DNA from: Candidatus Omnitrophota bacterium
GTDB taxonomy: Bacteria; Omnitrophota; Gorgyraeia; Duberdicusellales; 4484-171
Direction: 5' to 3'
DNA: 64,000 nt
NCBI GenBank assembly: GCA_021735045.1
Contig: JAIPHU010000001.1
Span: forward strand, 4,529 to 68,528
Each line of letters starts with the position of its first letter. The stretch's first letter is position 1. The notes beneath the pieces are model-generated. The model was not told the DNA's origin. It made no database searches and saw only the letters and a program-made list of their open reading frames with translations. The translations under genes and the position numbers were made by a program. Positions 27,245 through 39,410 of the stretch are shown in pieces.

Positions 27245-30200
27245 ATGGTAAAGAAGAGTAAGAAAGTTTCTTTTGCGAAAATAACAAATAGCCCTCCCAT
27301 GGCTAATCTTCTTAGTCATCAGTTGCGTTCTTATAAAGAATTTTTGCAAGTAAATGTTCTACCTGAAAAAAGAAAAAAGACTGGGTTACAGGAAATACTT
27401 CAAGAAGTTTTTCCAATGAAGAGCCCTGACAATCAATGCAGTTTAGAGTTTGTTTCTTATACCTTAGGTAGGCCTCGTTATACAATTGAAGAATGTAAAA
27501 GAAGGTCTCAGACTTATTCTTCTTCCTTAAGGATTCGCCTACGTTTAGTTGGCCTTTCTTCTGATATTCGCGAACAAGAGATTTATCTGGGAGAAATTCC
27601 CCTCATGACTCCTACTGCATCCTTTATTATAAATGGAGATGAGAGGGCTATAATCAGTCAGTTGCAAAGATCACCGGGAATATTTTTTGAAGAGCAGCTG
27701 CATACTGCAGGTAAACGTATTTACTTTGCTCGAATGATTCCTTACCGCGGTTATTGGCTAGAGTTTAGAGCTGATGTAGCTGATACTATAACTGCTGTTG
27801 TTGATAGAAGGAAAACCTTTCCTGCTACTCAAATTTTACGAATAATGGGCCTTTCAACTAGTGATGAAATATATAAACATTTTTCTGATAAACCTTATCC
27901 AGAAATAGTAAATACTGTTAAAAAGGACTCAACTACCAACACAGAAGAAGCATACCTGGAGTTTTATAAAAAGATGCGGCCAACTGAACCGGTTGCCCTT
28001 GAGGTAGCTAAGGAAGTTTTTAGCCGGATGTTTCTTGATCCGCGCCGTTATGATTTAGGCCGGGTGGGTAGATTTCTGATGAACAAAAAGCTGGGAATGG
28101 ATACTCGCTTATCTAGGAGGACCCTTGATTTAGAAACAATGGTTGCAGCAATTAAGCATCTTCTAGAAGTAAAAGCTGGGAAAAAGGATACTGACGATAT
28201 AGATCACTTATCGAATAGAAGAGTTAAGCTGATTGGTGAGCTTCTTCAACATCAAGTCAGGATTGGGCTTTTGAGGGTAGAAAGAACTTTTACTGAACGT
28301 TATTCACTAGTATCTTCAGGAGATTTTTCTATCCAGCATCTAATCAATTCAAAAGCATTTTCTAGCCAGATTAAAGATTTTTTTGCCCGTTCACCGCTTT
28401 CACAATTTATGGATCAAACCAATCCAATAGCTGAAATGACACATAAAAGAAGGTTGTCCGCAATGGGCCCGGGTGGCCTTTCGCGGGAAAGAGCCGGATT
28501 CGAGGTAAGGGATGTGCACCCGACTCATTACGGCCGAGTTTGTCCGATTGAGACACCCGAAGGAGCTAATATCGGTTTACTTACTTCTTTAACTACCTAT
28601 GCAAAAATTAATCCAATGGGTTTTTTGACTACACCTTATCGGCCGGTTATAGACGGTAAAATAAAAAATAAAATAGAGTATCTGTTGAGTGATGCAGAAG
28701 AAAATAAGATGATTGGTCAAATTACCTCTAATGTAGATTCTGGTGGAAAAATTTTAGATTCAGAAATTTATGCTCGTTTCAAAGGCAACTTTCCTAAAGT
28801 TTCACCTAAAAAACTTGAATATATTGATGTTTCAGCTCAGCAAATCATGTCGGTTTCATCGTCGTTGATTCCTTTCTTAGAGCACGATGATGCTAATCGA
28901 GCTTTAATGGGATCTAATATGCAACGACAAGCAGTTCCTTTACTTTTTCCCGAAGCCCCCTTAGCTGGAACTGGCCTAGAGCAAAAAGTTGCAAAAGATA
29001 GTGGAGCTGCGTTAGTTACCGAAGAGTCTGGTGAGGTTACGGCGGTAGATAGTTCTTCAATAAAAATAGATAACTATACTTATAAGCTAAAGAAGTTTTA
29101 TCGTACTAATGCTAATACTTGTATCAATCAAACTCCTTTAGTTAAAAAAGGACAGAAGGTAAAAAGAGGGGATATTATAGCTGATGGAATAGCTACCAAA
29201 GAAGGAGATATTTCACTAGGAACTAATCTTTTAGTTGGCTTTATGCCTTGGCGGGGTTACAACTTTGAAGATGCTATAGTTATTAGTGAGCGATTGGTAA
29301 AGGATGATGTGCTTACCTCCATTCATATCGAGAAGTTTGAAAGTGAGGCTAGAGAAACTAGGTTAGGAAATGAAGAGATTACTCGTGATATTCCCAATGT
29401 AGGGGAAGAAGCATTAAGTGACCTAGATTCAGAAGGGATAGTAAGGGTTGGTGCTGAGATCGCCTCTGATGATATTTTGGTGGGAAGGGTTACACCAAAG
29501 ACAGAAAAAGAGCTTTCTCCTGAAGAAAGATTACTAAGAGCCATTTTTGGGGAAAAAGCAGCTGATGTTAAAGATAGTTCATTAAGAGTACCTCCAGGGA
29601 TTAAAGGGGTTGTAACCAATGTAGAAGTTTTTCAAAGGAAAGAAAGAGGCCGGCGTTCTAAAAAAGAAAAAACAGTTGAACTTCAACGGACTAAAGAAAT
29701 TGAACAATATTACCAAGAAGAAAAAGAAATATTAGAGAAAGAAAAACTAAAAAGATTGAGTACTATATTAGGTAAACCGGAAAGTAAAATAAAAGCTCGC
29801 AACTGGCAAGAAAACGAAGAAGCAAATACTATAGTTAACTTATATGATCAAAGGTATGACGAGTTAATGATGGAGAAAGACTTAGAGCTTTCTAAAGTGA
29901 GAAAGGGAGATGAACTACCAGCCGGGGTATTAAAAAGAATAGTTGTATTTGTGGCAATAAAACGAAAAATTTCGGCTGGGGATAAGTTGTCTGGGCGTCA
30001 TGGTAATAAAGGGGTTATCTCAAAAGTTTTACCAGAAGAAGATATGCCTTATCTAGAAGACGGTACTCCAATGGATATTTTGCTTAATCCTTTGGGAGTT
30101 CCTTCTCGAATGAACGTGGGCCAGTTACTTGAGATGCATCTTGGTTGGGCAGCCAAGAAGTTAAATATTAGGGTCGAGACTCCAGTTTTTGATGGAGCTA

Positions 30201-30664
30201 GCCCAGAAGATATAAAAGATTTATTTAGAAAAGCTAACTTACCCGAGGACGGAAAGGTCGTTTTGTATGATGGCCATACAGGAAAACGCTTTGCTCAAAA
30301 GGTAGGGGTTGGCTATATGTATATTATGAAGTTGATCCATATGGTTGATGAAAAAATTCATGCCAGGGCAATCGGCCCTTACTCTTTAATTACACAGCAG
30401 CCCTTAGGTGGAAAAGCTCAATTTGGCGGGCAGCGTTTTGGAGAGATGGAAGTTTGGGCTCTTGAAGCCTATGGAGCAGCATTTACTTTACAGGAGATGC
30501 TTACTGTAAAGAGTGATGATGTAGAAGGAAGGACTCGAATCTATGAAGCTATTGTTAGAGGTGAACAAAAATTTAGGCCTTCAGTTCCTGAATCTTTTAA
30601 CGTTTTAGTTAAAGAACTCCAGGGGCTTTGTTTGAATATAAAAGCAGAAAAGGAGAAAAAATGA
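27245..30664 (+). CDS. rpoB: DNA-directed RNA polymerase subunit beta
   Basis: 1139 aa with rpoB conserved blocks (GKRIYFARMIPYRGYWLEF, NMQRQAVP, GEMEVWALEAYGAA). Confidence 0.95.
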   Translation: MVKKSKKVSFAKITNSPPMANLLSHQLRSYKEFLQVNVLPEKRKKTGLQEILQEVFPMKSPDNQCSLEFVSYTLGRPRYTIEECKRRSQTYSSSLRIRLRLVGLSSDIREQEIYLGEIPLMTPTASFIINGDERAIISQLQRSPGIFFEEQLHTAGKRIYFARMIPYRGYWLEFRADVADTITAVVDRRKTFPATQILRIMGLSTSDEIYKHFSDKPYPEIVNTVKKDSTTNTEEAYLEFYKKMRPTEPVALEVAKEVFSRMFLDPRRYDLGRVGRFLMNKKLGMDTRLSRRTLDLETMVAAIKHLLEVKAGKKDTDDIDHLSNRRVKLIGELLQHQVRIGLLRVERTFTERYSLVSSGDFSIQHLINSKAFSSQIKDFFARSPLSQFMDQTNPIAEMTHKRRLSAMGPGGLSRERAGFEVRDVHPTHYGRVCPIETPEGANIGLLTSLTTYAKINPMGFLTTPYRPVIDGKIKNKIEYLLSDAEENKMIGQITSNVDSGGKILDSEIYARFKGNFPKVSPKKLEYIDVSAQQIMSVSSSLIPFLEHDDANRALMGSNMQRQAVPLLFPEAPLAGTGLEQKVAKDSGAALVTEESGEVTAVDSSSIKIDNYTYKLKKFYRTNANTCINQTPLVKKGQKVKRGDIIADGIATKEGDISLGTNLLVGFMPWRGYNFEDAIVISERLVKDDVLTSIHIEKFESEARETRLGNEEITRDIPNVGEEALSDLDSEGIVRVGAEIASDDILVGRVTPKTEKELSPEERLLRAIFGEKAADVKDSSLRVPPGIKGVVTNVEVFQRKERGRRSKKEKTVELQRTKEIEQYYQEEKEILEKEKLKRLSTILGKPESKIKARNWQENEEANTIVNLYDQRYDELMMEKDLELSKVRKGDELPAGVLKRIVVFVAIKRKISAGDKLSGRHGNKGVISKVLPEEDMPYLEDGTPMDILLNPLGVPSRMNVGQLLEMHLGWAAKKLNIRVETPVFDGASPEDIKDLFRKANLPEDGKVVLYDGHTGKRFAQKVGVGYMYIMKLIHMVDEKIHARAIGPYSLITQQPLGGKAQFGGQRFGEMEVWALEAYGAAFTLQEMLTVKSDDVEGRTRIYEAIVRGEQKFRPSVPESFNVLVKELQGLCLNIKAEKEKK

Positions 30665-33600
30665 TTGAGGAAGTAGGTTTTTTTGACCGAATCAGCATAA
30701 AATTAGCTTCAAATGAAAGTATGAGGAGTTGGTCATCAGGCGAAATAAAAAAAGCCGAGACTCTTAACTACCGAACTCTTAAACCGGAGAAAGATGGGCT
30801 TTTTTGTGAGAGAATTTTTGGCCCAGCTAAAGATTGGGAGTGTCATTGTGGGAAACTAAAAGGAATAAAATTTAAAGGAACAAAATGTAACCGTTGTGGC
30901 GTTGAAGTCCTTCATTCATCTGTACGCCGCCAGCGAATGGGGCATATAGATTTAGCCACGCCAGTTACTCATATCTGGTTTTTTAAGGTTTTGCCTTCTC
31001 GATTAGGAGCAATTTTAGGTTTAAGTATAAAAGAATTAGAAAAAATTATTTATTATGAAGAATATGTGGTAGTCGATCCCGGATCTTCAAAGTTAAAAGA
31101 AAAACAGCTTATTAGCCAAGAAGAATATTTTGATACTCAAACTGAGTATGGCCCAGAAGTAAAGATAATGATTGGAGCTGAAGCGATTCGGGAGCTTCTC
31201 AAAAGATTAGATTTAGCTAAAGTTAGCAGAAATATCAGAAAGAAAATTGAAAAGAGTAAAAAAGCAGCCAATAAAAGGCTCTTAAAAAGACTTAAAATTG
31301 TAGAAGATTTGCGTCGTTCAGGGAATAAACCAGAATGGATGGTATTAAATATTTTACCAGTTATCCCGCCTGACCTGCGGCCATTAGTTCCACTCGAGGG
31401 AGGCAGATTTGCTTCATCTGATTTAAATGATCTTTACAGACGAGTTATCAATAGAAACAATCGCCTTAAGAAGTTAATTTCTTTGGGGGCACCGGAGATA
31501 ATTATTCGTAATGAAAAAAGAATGCTTCAAGAAGCAGTTGATGCTGTTTTAGAAAATGGGCGTCATGGCAGGCCGGTCATGGGCCCGCAAAATCGTCCGC
31601 TTAAAAGTCTTTCTGATATGCTTAAAGGTAAACAAGGACGTTTTAGGCAAAACTTGTTAGGAAAGCGTGTAGATTATTCGGGAAGAAGTGTAATTGTAGT
31701 AGGGCCAGAGTTGAAACTTCATCAATGTGGTTTACCTAAAGAGATGGCTCTTGAATTAGTTGAACCGTTTATTATTAAAAAATTACGGGAAAAAGGGTTT
31801 GTCCATACAATCAGAGGTGCGCGCCGGATGGTGGAGAGAGCCAGAATTGAAGTCTGGGATATTTTAGAAGATGTAATTAAAGGGCACCCTGTTTTATTAA
31901 ATCGGGCTCCTACATTACATCGTTTAGGAATTCAGGCATTTTACCCTACTTTAGTAGAAGGTAAGGCAATTAAACTACATCCTTTAGTTTGTGCACCTTT
32001 TAATGCTGATTTCGATGGGGATCAGATGGCAGTTCATCTTCCGCTTTCTTTGGAGGCGCAAGCTGAAGCAAAGTTGTTAATGCTGTCGGTGCATAATATT
32101 TTTTCTCCTTCAGATTCAAGGCCGGTTATTGTGCCTTCTCAAGATATGGTTATCGGATGCAGATATCTTACTACAGAAGCAGAAGGGCAAAAAGGTCAAG
32201 GAATAACTTTTGGCAACTCTGATGAAGTAGTAACTGCCTATCAAGATGATGAAGTGAAACTGCCTACCAAAATTAAATTTTTTCTTAAAAGAGACGGCGA
32301 AAGTAAGATTATTGAAACAACTGTAGGGAGAGTAATATTTAACAGAGTTTTGCCTAAAGGGTTTAGGTTTGTTAATGAACTTTTAGATAAGAAAAAAATA
32401 TCTAAAATCATCGATGATTGCTATGATCAGTTTGGCCACAATGCAGTTATTGAGCTTCTGGATAAGATTAAGGATTTGGGTTTTGAATATGCTACTTTAG
32501 GTGGAATAAGTATATCTAACAATGACTTAGAGGTTCCCAAGCAGAAATACGAGTCTATAGAAGAAGCTAACAAAGAGTTGGCTAAGGTTGATAGCCAATA
32601 TAAAAGAGGTATTATTACCCAACGTGAGCGCCATAATAAAATTATTGATATTTGGACTAGGACTACAGATAAAGTAACTGATTTAGTTTTTAACAATATG
32701 AGTAAGTTTAATCCAGTTTTTATGATGGCTGATTCTGGAGCTCGCGGATCTAAATTACAGGTTAGGCAGCTTGCCGGAATGAGGGGGCTTATGGCTAAAC
32801 CATCCGGTGAGATTATTGAAATTCCGATAACTTCAAACTTTAAGGAGGGGTTATCAGCTTTAGAGTATTTTATTTCTACTCACGGTGCACGAAAAGGTTT
32901 AGCTGATACTGCGTTAAAAACAGCAGATGCTGGTTATCTTACTCGACGTTTAGTTGATGTTGCTCAAGAAGTAATAATTGTTGAAGATGATTGTAAAACA
33001 GTAAACGGAATTACAGTTTCTGAAATTGTTGAAGGTGAAGAAGTTGTTGTAACTTTAAAAGAAAGGATTGTCGGAAGGGTGGCTGTTGACAATATAGTAG
33101 ATATTGTAAGTGACGAGGTTATCGTGAAAGCCGGCCAGGAGATATCAGAAGAAAAAGCAGATAAAATAGATAAATTAGGCTTGGAAAAAATAAGGATAAG
33201 AAGTGTGCTTACTTGTGAATCAGAAAGAGGTGTATGCGCTAGGTGTTATGGAAGAAATTTAGCTACTCGGAAGTTAGTTGAAGTTGGTGAAGCAGTTGGA
33301 GTAATTGCAGCTCAATCAATAGGGGAACCGGGTACCCAGCTTACCATGAGGACTTTTCATATCGGCGGTACTGCCTCACGTGTGGCTGAGCGTGCTTTTG
33401 TCAAAGCTAGAAATAAAGGTGTGGTTAAGTTCCATAATTTAAAAGTAGTTAAAAAGGGGAATCAATTTGTTGTTTTAAATAGGAATGGAATGATTAGTGT
33501 AAATGACCCTAAGGGGATTGAACTACAAAGGAATCCAGTTCCCCACGGTGCTTTTATAATGGTCCCTGAAGGTAATGAAGTTGAAAAGGGTAAGACTTTT

Positions 33601-34635
33601 GTAAAATGGGATCCATTTTCTTCTCCGATTCTTTCTGAGGTAACCGGAAAAATAAAATATGAAGATATTATTGATAAGATGACTATTCAAGAAGAGATGA
33701 ATGTTGCAACGGGGAGAAAAGAAAGAGTAGTTGTAGAGTTTAAAGGTGATTACCATCCTCAGATATTAATAGTCTCTAAAGATTCTGAGGAAGTATTAGG
33801 AATATATCCTTTGCCAACAGGGGCTCATATTATGCTTGAAGAGGGGGCCTTGGTTGAAGCGGGCGATGTTATTGCAAAAACTCCTCGTTTAGTTGAAAAA
33901 ACTAGAGACATTACCGGGGGTCTTCCTAGAGTAGCTGAACTTTTTGAAGCTAGACGCCCTAAGAATCCGGCAATTATTAGTGAGATTGATGGTTTTGTAG
34001 AATTTACTGAGAAAAAAGGCCAGCGTAAAGTTATTGTTCGCAGCCCAACCGGTATGAGCCGAGAATATAAAATTCCTACTGGAACTCATCCTATTGTTTA
34101 TCGTGGTGATAAAGTAACAGCTGGGCAACAGCTTACTGAAGGTCCGGTAGTCTTACAGGATATTTTAAGTGTTTGCGGTGATAAAGTATTACAGAGCTAT
34201 CTAGTAAATGAAGTACAAGAAATCTATAGATTACAAGGTGTAAGAATCAATGATAAACATATTGAAGTAATTATTCGAGAGATGCTGAAAAAAGTAAAGA
34301 TAGTTGACCCGGGTGATAGCGATTATCTTCCTGATGAAGGTATTGATAAGTGGGATTTTCGTAAAGCTAATGAAGCAATTATTAAAAAGGGAGGCCGGCC
34401 GGCGACAGCTCAGCCGATGTTACTGGGCATAACTAAGGCATCTTTAAGTACCAAAAGTTTTATCTCGGCAGCTAGTTTTCAGGAAACAACTAGGATTTTA
34501 GCCGATGCATCATCAGCAGGAAAAGTTGATTCGTTAAAAGGTTTAAAAGAAAATGTAATAGTAGGTCATTTAATTCCAGCAGGAACAGGATTAAAGAGGT
34601 ACCGGGAGGTTGAAGTAGAGAAATGCCAACAATAA
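30661..34635 (+). CDS. rpoC: DNA-directed RNA polymerase subunit beta'
   Basis: Zn-finger [16 protein letters not shown], catalytic [12 protein letters not shown], bridge helix and trigger loop. ATGA overlap with the rpoB stop; the ORF-track start at 30628 is probably too early. Confidence 0.95.
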   Translation: MIEEVGFFDRISIKLASNESMRSWSSGEIKKAETLNYRTLKPEKDGLFCERIFGPAKDWECHCGKLKGIKFKGTKCNRCGVEVLHSSVRRQRMGHIDLATPVTHIWFFKVLPSRLGAILGLSIKELEKIIYYEEYVVVDPGSSKLKEKQLISQEEYFDTQTEYGPEVKIMIGAEAIRELLKRLDLAKVSRNIRKKIEKSKKAANKRLLKRLKIVEDLRRSGNKPEWMVLNILPVIPPDLRPLVPLEGGRFASSDLNDLYRRVINRNNRLKKLISLGAPEIIIRNEKRMLQEAVDAVLENGRHGRPVMGPQNRPLKSLSDMLKGKQGRFRQNLLGKRVDYSGRSVIVVGPELKLHQCGLPKEMALELVEPFIIKKLREKGFVHTIRGARRMVERARIEVWDILEDVIKGHPVLLNRAPTLHRLGIQAFYPTLVEGKAIKLHPLVCAPFNADFDGDQMAVHLPLSLEAQAEAKLLMLSVHNIFSPSDSRPVIVPSQDMVIGCRYLTTEAEGQKGQGITFGNSDEVVTAYQDDEVKLPTKIKFFLKRDGESKIIETTVGRVIFNRVLPKGFRFVNELLDKKKISKIIDDCYDQFGHNAVIELLDKIKDLGFEYATLGGISISNNDLEVPKQKYESIEEANKELAKVDSQYKRGIITQRERHNKIIDIWTRTTDKVTDLVFNNMSKFNPVFMMADSGARGSKLQVRQLAGMRGLMAKPSGEIIEIPITSNFKEGLSALEYFISTHGARKGLADTALKTADAGYLTRRLVDVAQEVIIVEDDCKTVNGITVSEIVEGEEVVVTLKERIVGRVAVDNIVDIVSDEVIVKAGQEISEEKADKIDKLGLEKIRIRSVLTCESERGVCARCYGRNLATRKLVEVGEAVGVIAAQSIGEPGTQLTMRTFHIGGTASRVAERAFVKARNKGVVKFHNLKVVKKGNQFVVLNRNGMISVNDPKGIELQRNPVPHGAFIMVPEGNEVEKGKTFVKWDPFSSPILSEVTGKIKYEDIIDKMTIQEEMNVATGRKERVVVEFKGDYHPQILIVSKDSEEVLGIYPLPTGAHIMLEEGALVEAGDVIAKTPRLVEKTRDITGGLPRVAELFEARRPKNPAIISEIDGFVEFTEKKGQRKVIVRSPTGMSREYKIPTGTHPIVYRGDKVTAGQQLTEGPVVLQDILSVCGDKVLQSYLVNEVQEIYRLQGVRINDKHIEVIIREMLKKVKIVDPGDSDYLPDEGIDKWDFRKANEAIIKKGGRPATAQPMLLGITKASLSTKSFISAASFQETTRILADASSAGKVDSLKGLKENVIVGHLIPAGTGLKRYREVEVEKCQQ

Positions 34636-35000
34636 ATCAATTAATTAAAAAACCAAGAGCTAAAACAAGAAAGAAAACTAAATCTCCAGCCTTAGGCAAA
34701 GCACCACAGAGGCGTGGGGTTTGCATCCAGGTAAGAACAGCGACACCGAAGAAACCAAATTCAGCTTTAAGAAAAATAGCTAGAGTTCGTCTCACTAATC
34801 GTCATGAAGTTACTGCTTATATTCCCGGTGAAGGGCATAATTTGCAAGAACATTCTATGGTTTTAGTACGGGGGGGGAGGGTCAAGGATCTTCCTGGAGT
34901 GAGATATCATATTGTTAGAGGGGCCCTAGATTGTCAAGGCGTCCAAGATCGTAAGCGTTCTCGTTCTAAATATGGCGCAAAAAGACCAAAGGCAAAATAA
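34623..35000 (+). CDS. rpsL: 30S ribosomal protein S12
   Basis: [14 protein letters not shown]...[10 protein letters not shown] is the S12 signature. Overlaps the rpoC 3' end by 13 nt. Confidence 0.9.
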   Translation: MPTINQLIKKPRAKTRKKTKSPALGKAPQRRGVCIQVRTATPKKPNSALRKIARVRLTNRHEVTAYIPGEGHNLQEHSMVLVRGGRVKDLPGVRYHIVRGALDCQGVQDRKRSRSKYGAKRPKAK

Positions 35001-35005
35001 AAGTA

Positions 35006-35097
35006 ATCAACGAATGTATGAATCAATTACGAATTTACAAATTTTTATGAACCCATATTCGTATATTCGTAGGGATTAGTAAAATCGTAGATGATAG
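35006..35097 (+). repeat. TACGAAT-rich palindromic intergenic element, copy 3 (between rpsL and rpsG)
   Basis: ATCAACGAATGTATGAATCAATTACGAATTTACAAAT ... ATTCGTATATTCGTAGGGATTAGTAAAATCGTAGATGAT. About 90% identical to copy 4 in the core. Confidence 0.55.
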
Positions 35098-35118
35098 TTA
35101 AATTAACGAGGTATAATT

Positions 35119-35586
35119 ATGAGAAGACATAGAGCACCGAAAAGAGAAAGAAAACCAGACCCAAAATACGGTAATCCTATATTAGGTCATTTTATTAATA
35201 TTATTATGGTTGATGGAAAAAAGAGTAAAGCACAAAGGATTGTCTATAATGCTTTTGATGCAGTATCAGAGCATCTGAAAGAAGATCCGATAAAAGCTTT
35301 ATTTACAGCCCTAGACAATACTCGGCCGCGGATGGCTGTGAAACCGCGTAGGGTTGGCGGGGCAACTTATCAAGTTCCCATGGAAGTACCTAAGGAAAAA
35401 GGTATTTTTATTGCTTTACGTTGGATCAAAGATTTCGCAAAAAAGAAAAAGAATCAACCGATGGAAAAGAAAATTGCTGATGAAATAATTGCTGCTTATA
35501 ATAATGAGGGGCCGGTGGTCAAGAAAAAACAAGATACTCATAGAATGGCAGAGTCAAACAAGGCTTTTGCGCATTTTAAATATTAA
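35119..35586 (+). CDS. rpsG: 30S ribosomal protein S7
   Basis: 155 aa S7 (KFSTALD-like ..DNTRPRMAVKPRRVGGATYQVP). Confidence 0.9.
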   Translation: MRRHRAPKRERKPDPKYGNPILGHFINIIMVDGKKSKAQRIVYNAFDAVSEHLKEDPIKALFTALDNTRPRMAVKPRRVGGATYQVPMEVPKEKGIFIALRWIKDFAKKKKNQPMEKKIADEIIAAYNNEGPVVKKKQDTHRMAESNKAFAHFKY

Positions 35587-35666
35587 GAAGATAGAAGTTA
35601 GAGGTTAGAAATTAGATAGAAGATAATTTTATTTTTGATATAAAAGTGAAGAATGCAAGTTTAGTT

Positions 35667-37733
35667 ATGGATAAAGAAAAGAGTTTAGCTAAGATTCGCA
35701 ATATTGGCTTTATAGCCCATATTGATGCAGGTAAAACTACGGTTACAGAAAGAATACTTTTTTATGCAGGTAGAACCTATAAGATTGGGGAAGTTCACGA
35801 AGGTACTGCTGTAACTGATTGGATGCATCAAGAAAAAGAAAGGGGTATTACTATAACTAGTGCCGCTACTTCTTGTGATTGGAAAAATCACCAGATTAAT
35901 ATTATTGATACTCCTGGCCATATTGATTTTACTGTTGAAGTCGAACGTTCTTTAAAAGTTTTAGATGGTGCAGTTGTTATTTTCTGCGGTGTTTCAGGAG
36001 TAGAGCCACAGTCAGAAACAGTTTGGCGTCAGGCAGAAAAATATGATGTTCCGCGAATTTGTTTTGTGAATAAGATGGATCGGGAAGGTGCTGATTTTTT
36101 TGCTGTAGTCTCTGAAATGAAGGAAAAATTTCAGATACCTATAGTTGCCTTGGAGTTACCGATTTATGATAACGATGAATTTAGAGGGGTAGTTGATTTA
36201 ATTGAAGAAAAAGCTTACTACTATGAAGGTAAATTAGGAGAAAAGATAAAAGAAGAAGAAATTCCAGAGAAATTAAAAGAGATTGTTGCTAATAAAAAAG
36301 AATTAATAATTGAAAAGATTGCAGAATTAGATGATGCCTTTATGAGTAAAGTTATTGAAGGAGAAAAAATTAAAAAAGAAGAGATAGTTTCTGCGATTAG
36401 AAAGTATGTTATTGGGAATAAGTTAGTTGCTGTATTTTGTGGTTCAGCTCTAAAAAATAAAGGAGTCCAACAACTCTTAGGTGCTGTTTGCAGCTATTTA
36501 CCGTCACCAACTGAGGTAAAACCGGTTTTGGCTAAAGTTGTTTCAAGTGATCAGGAAAAAGAAATCAAGGCTAGCCCGGGTGGGCCATTTTGTGCGTTAT
36601 GTTTTAAGATAGCAACAGATCCTTTTGTTGGTAAGTTGTTTTATGTGCGTATATATTCTGGTAGCATTGATTCAGCATCAACTATTTATAACGCAACTCA
36701 ACAAAAAAAAGAAAAAATAAATAAAATTGTAAAGATGCACGCCAACAAACAAGAAATTATAAAAAACGCTAAAGCTGGTGATATTGTTTGCCTGGCTGGG
36801 CTAAAGAATACAATGACCGGAGACACTCTTACAGAAAAAAAAGATCCGGTTATGATCGAAAATATAAAATTCCCTGAGCCAGTAGTATCTTTGGCTATTG
36901 AGCCTAAGACTAAAGCTGATCAGGAGAAGCTATTTGGAGCTCTGATGAAGTTAGCTGACGAAGACCCTTCTTTTAAAGTTACCTACAACCGGGAAACTGG
37001 ACAAAATGTTATATCGGGTATGGGGCAGCTTCATCTGGCAATTATGGTTGATAGACTATTAAGAGAATTTAATGTTAAGGCAAAAGTAGGTAAACCGCAG
37101 GTTGCCTATAAAGAAACTGTAAGCAAAAAGGTTCAGGCGACTGGTAAGTTTATTCAGCAAAGAGGTGGACAGGGCCAATATGGGCATGTTGAAATTGTTA
37201 TGACTCCATCTGGAGAAGGTACCGGGATTAGTTTTGAAAATAAAATTAAGTCAGGGGTAATTCCTAAAGAGTTTATATCTTCGGTAAAAGAGGGTGTGGT
37301 TGAAGCTTCTGAAAGTGGAATCTTAGGTGGGTATCCAGTAGTTGATCTAAAGGTTACTTTAATTGATGGTTCTTATCATGAGGTAGATTCTTCTGAATTG
37401 AGTTTTAAAATTGCCGGAGAGATAGCTTTTAAAGAAGGCCTGCGAAAAGCTAGATCGATACTACTTGAGCCAATTATGGATTTAGAAATTATTACACCGG
37501 TAGAGTATCTTTCTCAAGTAATTGGTGACCTTAATTCAAGAAGAGCAAAAATACATTTAGTTAAAGAAAGAAAAAATTTACGGACAGTTAGTGTTGAGAT
37601 TCCTTTAAGTGAATCTTTTAACTATGCAGATTCATTGAGGAACTTGACACAAGGCAGAGCCTCATATACAATAGAGCCTTCATATTATCAGAAGGTTCCT
37701 GAGGAATTGCTTTCAAAGATTTTAGGCATATAA
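35667..37733 (+). CDS. fusA: Elongation factor G
   Basis: [17 protein letters not shown]1 motif, DTPGHIDF, and domains II-V. Start chosen at [15 protein letters not shown]; the ORF track offers a GTG at 35646. Confidence 0.9.
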   Translation: MDKEKSLAKIRNIGFIAHIDAGKTTVTERILFYAGRTYKIGEVHEGTAVTDWMHQEKERGITITSAATSCDWKNHQINIIDTPGHIDFTVEVERSLKVLDGAVVIFCGVSGVEPQSETVWRQAEKYDVPRICFVNKMDREGADFFAVVSEMKEKFQIPIVALELPIYDNDEFRGVVDLIEEKAYYYEGKLGEKIKEEEIPEKLKEIVANKKELIIEKIAELDDAFMSKVIEGEKIKKEEIVSAIRKYVIGNKLVAVFCGSALKNKGVQQLLGAVCSYLPSPTEVKPVLAKVVSSDQEKEIKASPGGPFCALCFKIATDPFVGKLFYVRIYSGSIDSASTIYNATQQKKEKINKIVKMHANKQEIIKNAKAGDIVCLAGLKNTMTGDTLTEKKDPVMIENIKFPEPVVSLAIEPKTKADQEKLFGALMKLADEDPSFKVTYNRETGQNVISGMGQLHLAIMVDRLLREFNVKAKVGKPQVAYKETVSKKVQATGKFIQQRGGQGQYGHVEIVMTPSGEGTGISFENKIKSGVIPKEFISSVKEGVVEASESGILGGYPVVDLKVTLIDGSYHEVDSSELSFKIAGEIAFKEGLRKARSILLEPIMDLEIITPVEYLSQVIGDLNSRRAKIHLVKERKNLRTVSVEIPLSESFNYADSLRNLTQGRASYTIEPSYYQKVPEELLSKILGI

Positions 37734-37750
37734 ATAGAATAGGCAATTGA

Positions 37751-37840
37751 TAAGCAGGAACAATCAACGAATGTACGAATCAATTACGAATTTACAAATA
37801 ATAAAATTCGTATATTCGTAGAGATTAGTAAATTCGATGA
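37751..37840 (+). repeat. TACGAAT-rich palindromic intergenic element, copy 4 (between fusA and tuf), flanked by 10-bp direct repeats GGCAATTGAT / GGCAATTAAT
   Basis: Inverted termini ATCAACGAAT / ATTCGATGAT. The core is nearly identical to copy 3. The flanking 9/10 direct repeat at 37741-50 and 37841-50 looks like a target-site duplication. Confidence 0.55.
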
Positions 37841-37880
37841 TGGCAATTAATAAAATGATTTTTATAAAAGGAGGTGCTTT

Positions 37881-39086
37881 ATGGGAAAAGAGAAGTTTGT
37901 AAGATCAAAGCCCCATCTTAATATTGGGACTATTGGTCACGTAGACCACGGTAAGACCACCCTTACTGCAGCCATTACACAAGTTCTGGCGTTAAAAGGT
38001 GGGGGCCAAGCTTTGAAGTTTGAAGATATTGACAAGGCTCCTGAAGAGAAAGAACGTGGAGTAACTATTAATATTGCTCACGTTGAGTACGAAACAGAAA
38101 AAAGGCATTATGCACATATTGACTGTCCGGGTCACGCTGATTATATTAAAAATATGATTACCGGCGCTGCTCAAATGGATGGGGCAATACTTGTTGTTGC
38201 TGCAACAGATGGGCCTATGCCACAAACCAGAGAACACTTACTTCTGGCACGTCAGGTTAATGTTCCTGCGATTGTAGTGTTTGTTAACAAGGTTGACCAG
38301 ATGGATGATCCTGAGCTGGTTGAGTTAGTTGAAGAAGAAGTAAGAGACTTACTTACTAAGTATGAGTTTCCGGGTAAAGATATACCAATTGTAAAAGGTT
38401 CTGCGTTAAAAGCTTTAGAAGATGCTACTGCAGGAAATCCTGACAGTGAAAACTGCAAGCCAATAGTAGAATTAATTCAAGCTTGTGATGATTATTTTCC
38501 GGAACCAAAACGTGATACCGACAAGCCTTTTCTTATGGCTATCGAAGATATATTTTCAATCTCAGGCCGCGGTACAGTTGCAACTGGAAGAGTTGAAAGA
38601 GGAATTGTTAAAACTGGTGAAGAGATTGAGTTAGTTGGGATTAAAGAAGAAACTAAAAAAACTGTAGTTACTGGAATTGAGATGTTTAGAAAAACTTTAG
38701 ATGAAGCACAAGCTGGAGATAATGCTGGTTTACTTTTACGGGGGGTAGAAAAGGAACAGGCAGAAAGAGGCATGGTTATTGCTAAGCCTGGAACCATTAC
38801 ACCGCATAAAAAGTTTAAGGCAAAAGTTTATGCTTTAAAGAAAGAAGAAGGTGGAAGACATACTCCATTTTTCTCAGGTTATAGACCACAATTTTATTTT
38901 AGAACTACAGATGTAACTGGTACTTGTAAGTTACCTGAAGGTGTTGAAATGGTTATGCCCGGTGATAATGTTGAAGTAGAAGTAACCTTGCTTCAACCGG
39001 TTGCTTGTGAAAAAGAGTTAAGGTTTGCTATCCGTGAAGGTGGAAGAACTGTAGGAGCTGGTTTAGTTACAGAAATAATCGAGTAA
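37881..39086 (+). CDS. tuf: Elongation factor Tu
   Basis: [27 protein letters not shown]. 401 aa. Confidence 0.95.
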   Translation: MGKEKFVRSKPHLNIGTIGHVDHGKTTLTAAITQVLALKGGGQALKFEDIDKAPEEKERGVTINIAHVEYETEKRHYAHIDCPGHADYIKNMITGAAQMDGAILVVAATDGPMPQTREHLLLARQVNVPAIVVFVNKVDQMDDPELVELVEEEVRDLLTKYEFPGKDIPIVKGSALKALEDATAGNPDSENCKPIVELIQACDDYFPEPKRDTDKPFLMAIEDIFSISGRGTVATGRVERGIVKTGEEIELVGIKEETKKTVVTGIEMFRKTLDEAQAGDNAGLLLRGVEKEQAERGMVIAKPGTITPHKKFKAKVYALKKEEGGRHTPFFSGYRPQFYFRTTDVTGTCKLPEGVEMVMPGDNVEVEVTLLQPVACEKELRFAIREGGRTVGAGLVTEIIE

Positions 39087-39088
39087 GG

Positions 39089-39406
39089 ATGAAGTCACCA
39101 CTTAAAATTAGAATTAAACTGAAAGCTTTTGATCATAGGCTGCTTGATAATTCTGCTAAGGAGATAACAGAAGTAGCTATCCGTACTGGTGCTAAAATTA
39201 ACGGACCTATACCTATTCCTACTCGGAAAAAGGTTTATACGGTAAACAGAGCTACTAATGTTAACAAAAAATCACGAGAGCAGTTTATGATTGCGGTACA
39301 TAAACGGATAATAGACCTAGACAGCCCTACGGCAAAGACAATAGATGCATTAAGAAGGTTGAACTTACCAGCCGGAGTAAATGCAGAGATAAAGCAGGAA
39401 GTGTAA
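39089..39406 (+). CDS. rpsJ: 30S ribosomal protein S10
   Basis: 105 aa; [20 protein letters not shown] is the S10 signature. Confidence 0.9.
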   Translation: MKSPLKIRIKLKAFDHRLLDNSAKEITEVAIRTGAKINGPIPIPTRKKVYTVNRATNVNKKSREQFMIAVHKRIIDLDSPTAKTIDALRRLNLPAGVNAEIKQEV

Positions 39407-39410
39407 TAAC

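Noticed and set aside
35587-35666. TAGAAG / TTAGA low-complexity run between rpsG and fusA as another repeat family
   Set aside because: It is a simple purine-rich tract with no match elsewhere in the window. It probably just holds the fusA RBS and start-choice region.
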